Origin: Roseburia hominis
Lineage (GTDB): Bacteria; Bacillota; Clostridia; Lachnospirales; Lachnospiraceae
Length of the DNA: 64,000 bases
Assembly (NCBI GenBank): GCA_021771815.1
Contig: JAETOE010000015.1
Coordinates: 3,778 to 67,777 of the forward strand
Direction: 5' to 3'
The notes under the pieces were generated by a model, which saw only the letters and a program-made list of their open reading frames with translations, did no database searches and was not told the origin of the DNA. A program made the position numbers and the translations under genes. Positions within the stretch are counted from its first letter, which is position 1, and the number at the start of each line of letters is the position of its first letter. This document shows positions 58,371-64,000 of this stretch, piece by piece.

Positions 58371-59029
58371 AAAACTTCTCCTGATATTTTATCAAACAAT
58401 TCTTCCGTAAGTCCCACACAGTATATATCCGCCCGGGCCGCAATCTCGTCCTGGTCCTTCCCGCTTGCCGCATCGTAAAGCCCGACCGTCCGAAATCCCG
58501 CCAGCTTCGCCGTCTTTAACGCGTAGAGCGCATCCTCGAACACCCATGTCTCCCGCGGCTTTGTTCCAAGACATTCTGCCGCCGCGAAATATATGTCCGG
58601 CTTCACCTTGCCCGCGCCGACCTCCGAACAGGTAAAAATACCTTGAAAATAAGATGTAAGTCCGGTACGTGTAAGCGCCGCTTCCATCATCGGACGATCC
58701 GTCGATGTGGCGACTGCCATCGGTATCCCCTCCTGCTTTAAGCGTTCTAAAAGTTCCCGCACACCGTCTTTCGGCTGCACCGCAGTCTCATACGCTTCAA
58801 ACACAATGCGGTTGACACCCGCCACAATCTCGTCCTCATCCTCCGTAAGCCCGTACTTTTCTTTTACATAACGCGCGCCCTCGTGCATACTCATCGAGAA
58901 GAGAACCTCCGAGAGCTTCTCCTGTACGCATATCCCCTTCTCCTGCAAATACCGCTCGCTCGCATGCTCCCACACAGGCATCGAGTCAAGCAGCGTTCCG
59001 TCCATGTCAAAAATCGCTCCTTTTATCAT
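58367..59029 (-). CDS. HAD-superfamily hydrolase (beta-phosphoglucomutase-like subfamily IA)
   Basis: IFDMDGTLLDS motif I and later HAD motifs. Start ATG 59029. Confidence 0.8.
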   Translation of the reverse strand: MIKGAIFDMDGTLLDSMPVWEHASERYLQEKGICVQEKLSEVLFSMSMHEGARYVKEKYGLTEDEDEIVAGVNRIVFEAYETAVQPKDGVRELLERLKQEGIPMAVATSTDRPMMEAALTRTGLTSYFQGIFTCSEVGAGKVKPDIYFAAAECLGTKPRETWVFEDALYALKTAKLAGFRTVGLYDAASGKDQDEIAARADIYCVGLTEELFDKISGEVL

Positions 59030-59080
59030 TCTAATAACCATGCCTTTCCGAATATGGATTTTTCACACTACCCTCCCAGC

Positions 59081-59722
59081 TTACGCTTGTATCATCCGCT
59101 GCGACAATTTCCTCAAATCTGCAGCCGCAGCCTCGATGTCCCTCTGCGCAAAAATAGCGCTGATGACCGCTACGCCGCACAATCCGTTTCCGCCAAGTTC
59201 CAAAATATTTTCCTTATTAATTCCGCCGATTGCAATGACCGGGATCTTCACCGCTTTGCATATTGCCCGGATTATATCGTGGCTGATGTTTCCGGCATCC
59301 GGTTTCGAGCTGGTGGAAAACGCCGCTCCGACGCCCAGATAATCCGCTCCATACATCTCTGCGCGGAGAGCTTCTTCTATATTGTGCACAGATACGCCAA
59401 TGATCTTATTCTCTCCTAAAATCGCCCGGACATTTCCGATCTCCATATCATCCTGCCCCACATGCACACCGTCCGCGTCTATCTCCTTCGCAATATGCAC
59501 ATTGTCATTGATGACAAACGGGACCTTATACTGTTTACATAACTTTTTTATCTCTGCCGCTTCCTCAAGAAACGCTTCCTCGGTCAAATGCTTTTCCCGA
59601 AGCTGCACGAAAGTCACCCCGCCTCTCAACGCCTTTTCCACCTGCGCATAAAGCGTCTCTTCGCCAAGCCAGCTTCGATCTGTCACCGCATAAAGCAGCA
59701 TGTCTTTCCTATCGCACTTCAT
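59081..59722 (-). CDS. thiE: thiamine-phosphate synthase
   Basis: 213 aa. VQLREK, GADGVHVGQDD and IGGI motifs. Confidence 0.9.
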   Translation of the reverse strand: MKCDRKDMLLYAVTDRSWLGEETLYAQVEKALRGGVTFVQLREKHLTEEAFLEEAAEIKKLCKQYKVPFVINDNVHIAKEIDADGVHVGQDDMEIGNVRAILGENKIIGVSVHNIEEALRAEMYGADYLGVGAAFSTSSKPDAGNISHDIIRAICKAVKIPVIAIGGINKENILELGGNGLCGVAVISAIFAQRDIEAAAADLRKLSQRMIQA

Positions 59723-60590
59723 AATCCGCCATCCTTTCTAACGTATCTCCGTCCATCCGGTACACCGCGTCGATCATACGATTACGATAGGAAGCGTTTC
59801 CTTCTTCCTCGGTCAAATTCCGCCATGCAATCTCCCCTGCGGTCTTCATCGTGCAGGACGCCGCAAGCGCCGCCGTAAGCATATTTCCGGGATTTGCCGA
59901 AGCAAACGCCGTCATAAGGCCCGAGAGCTGGCAGCCCGTTCCCGTAACGCGGCTCATTTCCTCTCTGCCGCCCCGAATCACATAGCAGAGCATGCCATCC
60001 GAAATAAGGTCAACTGCGCCCGTGACCGCTACAATGCTGTGAAGCTCGCTCGCAGCCGTTTTGACAAATGCGACTGCATCCGAAAGCTTCCCCTCCGTCA
60101 CCGCATCCGACGCAAGCGCATCCACACCTGATGCTTTTCCAATGACAGCGTCCGTTCCGAACGCTTTCTCCTCCCCTATGTGCCGGTCAAAAAGCGCATG
60201 ATACAGCTTGTAAATCATCTTGATCTCCGTAACATTTCCCCGTATCACATCAAAATGAAGCGCCGAAAGCAGTTCTTTTGCCGACTCCTGCCGAAAAACA
60301 CTCGCCCCCACTCCCACGGGATCGAACAATACCGGATGTCCAAGTTCATTTGCCCGTCTGCCCGCTATGTGCATTGCGGCAATCGTCCGCTCGCCGGGCG
60401 TTCCGAGATTCATTGCAAGCCCTGCCGCGCAAGCCGTAATTTCCGCAGCTTCCTTCGGCTCGTCCGCCATAATAGGCTTCGCGCCGCATGCGAGCAGCAT
60501 ATTCGCAACGTCTCCCGTCGTGACATAATTCGTAATACAATGTATGAGCGGCGTCATTTTTCTTACATTTTCCAGACATTCCTGCAGCAT
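59709..60590 (-). CDS. thiM: hydroxyethylthiazole kinase
   Basis: 293 aa. PLIHCITNYV.. and GTGC motifs. Confidence 0.9.
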   Translation of the reverse strand: MLQECLENVRKMTPLIHCITNYVTTGDVANMLLACGAKPIMADEPKEAAEITACAAGLAMNLGTPGERTIAAMHIAGRRANELGHPVLFDPVGVGASVFRQESAKELLSALHFDVIRGNVTEIKMIYKLYHALFDRHIGEEKAFGTDAVIGKASGVDALASDAVTEGKLSDAVAFVKTAASELHSIVAVTGAVDLISDGMLCYVIRGGREEMSRVTGTGCQLSGLMTAFASANPGNMLTAALAASCTMKTAGEIAWRNLTEEEGNASYRNRMIDAVYRMDGDTLERMADYEVR

Positions 60591-60868
60591 CGCTCTTCTC
60601 CCTTCACAACCGCCCCGGCAGTTTATAGTTTCTTTCCAAATTTTAGAAATATATTATAGCATATTAAGATATTCTTCACTTTGCAGTCAAGTTTCTGACA
60701 CAATTTTCCTATAGAATAAAATCATCAAAAGGAGCTGTTGAGTTTTGACTTCGATGTTAGGGTTCTGTCAGTTCCGCCAAAAAACTCACCTGTCGGCTCT
60801 GCCGTCAGGATTTACATATAAAAACAAGGCTTACCGCAAGACATCCAGCCTCCGCGGCGCCTCATGAA

Positions 60869-60912
60869 AAAGACTTTAGAAAGTATCTCCTACATTTTCT
60901 AAAGTCTTTTTG
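60869..60912. terminator. bidirectional terminator after the AI-2E transporter gene
   Basis: AAAAAGACTTTAGAAA / TTTCTAAAGTCTTTTT. Confidence 0.75.
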
Positions 60913-60921
60913 TTTCTCTTC

Positions 60922-62070
60922 CTAATTACTCCACTTACTCTCCGACACCTTCCTCTCCTTCAGTCTTTTCTTCACAAAGGTAGCAAAGAGTGCATAGAGC
61001 ACAGAACACAGCGGAATGAACACAAGAATCCCCATGATACCGAACAGATTGCCGCCGATCGTCACTGCTGCGAGAACCCATATAGATGGCAGTCCGACGG
61101 AATTACCCACAACGTGCGGGTAGATGAGATTTCCCTCTACCTGCTGCAGCACAAGGAACAGCACAAGGAACCAAAGCGCCTGAATCGGATTCACCATCAC
61201 AATTAAGAGCATTCCGACTGCACAGCCGATAAATGCACCAAATATGGGCACCAATGCAGTGATTGCGATCACAATCCCCGTCAGCATCGCATAAGGCATG
61301 CCAAACAGCGACATTGATATTACAAACATCGTACCCAAAATCACCGCCTCCAGACATTGCCCGGACAGAAAGCTGGAAAAAGTCTGATTCGACAGTCGCA
61401 TCACCAAGAGCATCTTCTCTGTGGCCTTATCCGGAAACAGTGCATAAAGCACCTGCTTTCCCTGCCTTGCGAGCTTCTCCTTCTGAAACAGCACATAGAT
61501 GGAAAACGTAAACGCGATCACGAACGTTGTCACTCCGCTCACAATGCCGGAAAAAACCCCGACGCCGGAGCTTACCGCACTCGACGCGATCGACTGCACA
61601 AAGTTCACAACAGAAGCAGAAACAGCCGACCAGTCGATATTCAACTCCTCGATTGCCGGAGCAAGCGCAGGGTACTGCTTTGGAATATCGGCAAGCCATT
61701 TCTGAACCGCCTTTATCGCCACAGGAATCTGCTCGCCAAGCATTGCAACCGTATTTCCAAGTTCCGGGATTATGACTACAAGCGCCAGTGCAAGGATGCC
61801 TATAATGCAGACAAGCGTCAGCAGATACGCCGCCGGCCTCCTCCATTTCCCGAATTTCTTATTCTTCGGGAAAAGGTATTTCTCAATCTTCTTCATCGGC
61901 ACATTGACAATAAACGCAATCGCACCGCCAAGCAGGAACGGCATACTAATACCAAGCACAAACCGCACCGCAGCGATCACTACATCGAAATGCTCAATCC
62001 CACAATACAGAAGAATTGCAAATGCAATGACCTGCATCAAATGCTTCTTCGTCTCTTTCGATAATTCCAT
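60922..62070 (-). CDS. AI-2E family transporter (PerM/UPF0118)
   Basis: Start ATG 62070 (MELSKETKK) follows GGAGG. 8 TM. Typical C-terminal ..NLIYPHVVGNSVGLPS. Confidence 0.85.
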   Translation of the reverse strand: MELSKETKKHLMQVIAFAILLYCGIEHFDVVIAAVRFVLGISMPFLLGGAIAFIVNVPMKKIEKYLFPKNKKFGKWRRPAAYLLTLVCIIGILALALVVIIPELGNTVAMLGEQIPVAIKAVQKWLADIPKQYPALAPAIEELNIDWSAVSASVVNFVQSIASSAVSSGVGVFSGIVSGVTTFVIAFTFSIYVLFQKEKLARQGKQVLYALFPDKATEKMLLVMRLSNQTFSSFLSGQCLEAVILGTMFVISMSLFGMPYAMLTGIVIAITALVPIFGAFIGCAVGMLLIVMVNPIQALWFLVLFLVLQQVEGNLIYPHVVGNSVGLPSIWVLAAVTIGGNLFGIMGILVFIPLCSVLYALFATFVKKRLKERKVSESKWSN

Positions 62071-62108
62071 AAACCCTCCATAATTTTCATCAAACAACGT
62101 AACTGTTA

Positions 62109-62840
62109 TCAAACAACAGCAACCCCTGCGGTTCCCATGCACAGACAGATCAGATATAAGATCAGAAGATGCACCGGATAAAACGCATAGAAAAAGTATT
62201 TGATATTTAATCCACGCTTCCCGTTATAGAATGCAATCGGGATAAATGCCACGATCGCAGGAAGTTCCCACCAGCAAAATGCCAGACAGCCCGCAAGGAT
62301 CTGTAATCCCCTGATTTTTCTGGTGAGGTACAAGATCAGTATCACCATCACGCCCTTCGCGTCATAGTCGGTGTGCATCAGATACGCAAGCCCCATGCCT
62401 CCGACCGCAATCACCGCCAAAAGCACCGCGCGCACCGCCATATGCCACTCCTGCTTCTCATATACAGCGTCAAACGCCATGATCGTAAGCAGTCCGATCA
62501 GCAACGTAAAAAATACATTCTGATACCCAAATTCCAGAAATGTGCTGCCAAATGCCAGATCGAACGGCACCTCGGAAACCAGAGCGAACAAGAACAGACG
62601 CAGCGCATATTTTCTCCGGTTTCTCGTATGGTCAAAGCCTTCCACCAGAAGAAAACAGTAAATCGGAAATGCAATTCTTCCAATATCCCGCATTCCGAAA
62701 TAAATCCGCCAGAGCATCTGCGTTCCCTGCCCTGTGAATAACATTCTCGCAATCACTGTCGCTGCGACATGATCGATCAACATCGTAACAACCGCAATCA
62801 GCTTCAGCGTGCTTCCGCTCACTCCATGTGTCCGCATCAT
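62109..62840 (-). CDS. TraX-family membrane protein
   Basis: TLKLIAVVTMLIDHVA.. pattern, polytopic. Start uncertain (ATG 62846, 62840 or 62837). Confidence 0.75.
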   Translation of the reverse strand: MMRTHGVSGSTLKLIAVVTMLIDHVAATVIARMLFTGQGTQMLWRIYFGMRDIGRIAFPIYCFLLVEGFDHTRNRRKYALRLFLFALVSEVPFDLAFGSTFLEFGYQNVFFTLLIGLLTIMAFDAVYEKQEWHMAVRAVLLAVIAVGGMGLAYLMHTDYDAKGVMVILILYLTRKIRGLQILAGCLAFCWWELPAIVAFIPIAFYNGKRGLNIKYFFYAFYPVHLLILYLICLCMGTAGVAVV

Positions 62841-62952
62841 TTTCATCCTTTCCTGTTTCGCACAGCGGAACTCATCTGCGCCTCTGCCCCCTGCATAATA
62901 CAAAAAGAGGAGATCAGACCCACTTCCATCTATCCCCTCTTTTCCCGTACTT

Positions 62953-63651
62953 CTAGCCTACGAACTCCTCCACACATCTGCGGTACGCCGCTACCGGGTC
63001 CGCCGCCTGCGTGATCGGTCTTCCCACTACGATGTAATCCGAGCCAAGCTCCCTTGCCTTCGCGGGCGTCGTCACACGCTTCTGGTCGCCGACATCTCCG
63101 TCTGCAAAGCGGACTCCCGGCGTAATCGTAAGGAATTTCTCTCCGCAGACCGCATGTACCTTGCCTGCCTCAAGCGGTGAGCACACAACGCCGTCAAGTC
63201 CTGCCTCCATCGTATTCTTCGCGTAATGCATGACCGTCTCGTCGATCGGCTTCTCAATCCAAAGTTCCTGCTGCATCACTTCCTCGCTCGTAGAGGTGAG
63301 CTGCGTTACCGCGATAAGCAGCGGCCTTGCGCCGTCGGCTCTTGTCAGACCTTCCAGTGCCGCCTGCATCATCCCCTTCGTTCCGGCTGCATGCACATTG
63401 CACATATCCACATCGAGCCCGGAAAGCACCGCCATCGACTTTCTCACGGTATTCGGTATATCATGAAGCTTTAAATCAAGGAAAATCTTGTGACCCATGG
63501 CCTTGATCTGACGCACAATGTCCGGTCCCTCAGCGTAAAAAAGCTCCATTCCTATCTTGACGAACGGCTTTTCCTCCTTGAATTTTCCAAGAAATTCGAT
63601 GACCTCCGCCTTGCTGTTAAAATCACATGCAATAATAACGTCTCTTCCCAT
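62953..63651 (-). CDS. pyrF: orotidine 5'-phosphate decarboxylase
   Basis: [26 protein letters not shown]. Start ATG 63651 follows GGAGG. Confidence 0.92.
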   Translation of the reverse strand: MGRDVIIACDFNSKAEVIEFLGKFKEEKPFVKIGMELFYAEGPDIVRQIKAMGHKIFLDLKLHDIPNTVRKSMAVLSGLDVDMCNVHAAGTKGMMQAALEGLTRADGARPLLIAVTQLTSTSEEVMQQELWIEKPIDETVMHYAKNTMEAGLDGVVCSPLEAGKVHAVCGEKFLTITPGVRFADGDVGDQKRVTTPAKARELGSDYIVVGRPITQAADPVAAYRRCVEEFVG

Positions 63652-63737
63652 TCTATCATCCTCCGTTTCATGTCTGTGGCTATTATACACTTGCCCCCGG
63701 TGTTTGACAAGATATTCCTGGTCCTTATTCCTGGTCC

Positions 63738-64000
63738 TTATTCCTCTTCCTGTATCGCCTCTACCACTGCAATCGTGGAATCTCCCTCTAATGCCTGCTC
63801 AACAACGGCCTGCGCCAGTCTCCGAAAGTTATTGCTCGAACTGGTGGCTCCCGACAACACTTCGATCTCAGGCACACCGCTCTGCCCTGCAAGCTGTTCT
63901 GCATAATAACGGGTGTACTCATTCGGATAAGTACCGGTAACCGACTTCATATTATTCATATACGCGTTATCCCAACTTTTGATGAACCCGCTGGCATTCT
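63738..64000 (-). CDS. FMN-binding domain protein, 3' part (5' end beyond the window)
   Basis: ..[25 protein letters not shown] is the FMN_bind signature (SGAT.S). The frame stays open to the window edge. Confidence 0.6.
   Translation of the reverse strand, partial: NASGFIKSWDNAYMNNMKSVTGTYPNEYTRYYAEQLAGQSGVPEIEVLSGATSSSNNFRRLAQAVVEQALEGDSTIAVVEAIQEEE

Overview
Chromosomal window from a Firmicutes (Clostridia, Lachnospiraceae-like) genome, about 85% coding. The core is the complete S10-spc-alpha ribosomal protein cluster on the minus strand (rpsJ at 39304 down to rplQ at 22132, including secY, adk, map, infA, rpmJ and rpoA). Housekeeping genes flank it: a lipid glycosyltransferase, plsY, oleate hydratase with a TetR regulator, a SufC/SufBD-like pair, rlmD, yhaM, an HtrA-like protease, mutS2, an OmpR-type two-component pair, trkAH, corA, a thiM-thiE-thiD salvage cluster, pyrF and several transporters. 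One RNA gene is present, tRNA-Val(CAC). I saw no rRNA, no CRISPR array and no intact transposase or integrase. Three visibly AT-rich accessory patches stand out. (1) 6.9-10.5 kb is a decayed mobile/defence patch inserted in the 3' end of rlmD. It holds a second, diverged and stop-interrupted copy of the rlmD tail, a truncated Abi_2 gene, and an intact three-gene cassette (97-aa acidic protein, KilA-N protein, 258-aa helical protein) that is translationally coupled to rlmD. This cassette is my best candidate for an undescribed defence or addiction-type system. (2) 42.1-45.1 kb holds a decayed trkA paralogue, a YafQ-type toxin-antitoxin pair, an AMP-ligase pseudogene and an XRE repressor with twin operators. 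(3) 49.9-53.3 kb holds an orphan LytTR regulator and GHKL kinase followed by twin 15-bp direct-repeat boxes in front of a secreted protein and a small membrane protein. Non-coding oddities include a roughly 170-nt highly structured element upstream of mutS2, a tandem 52-nt element in the plsY leader, and several unusually long, repeat- or hairpin-rich spacers inside the ribosomal operons. One of these spacers carries a consensus internal promoter. All protein family calls rest on motif recognition from the translations. No database search was run.
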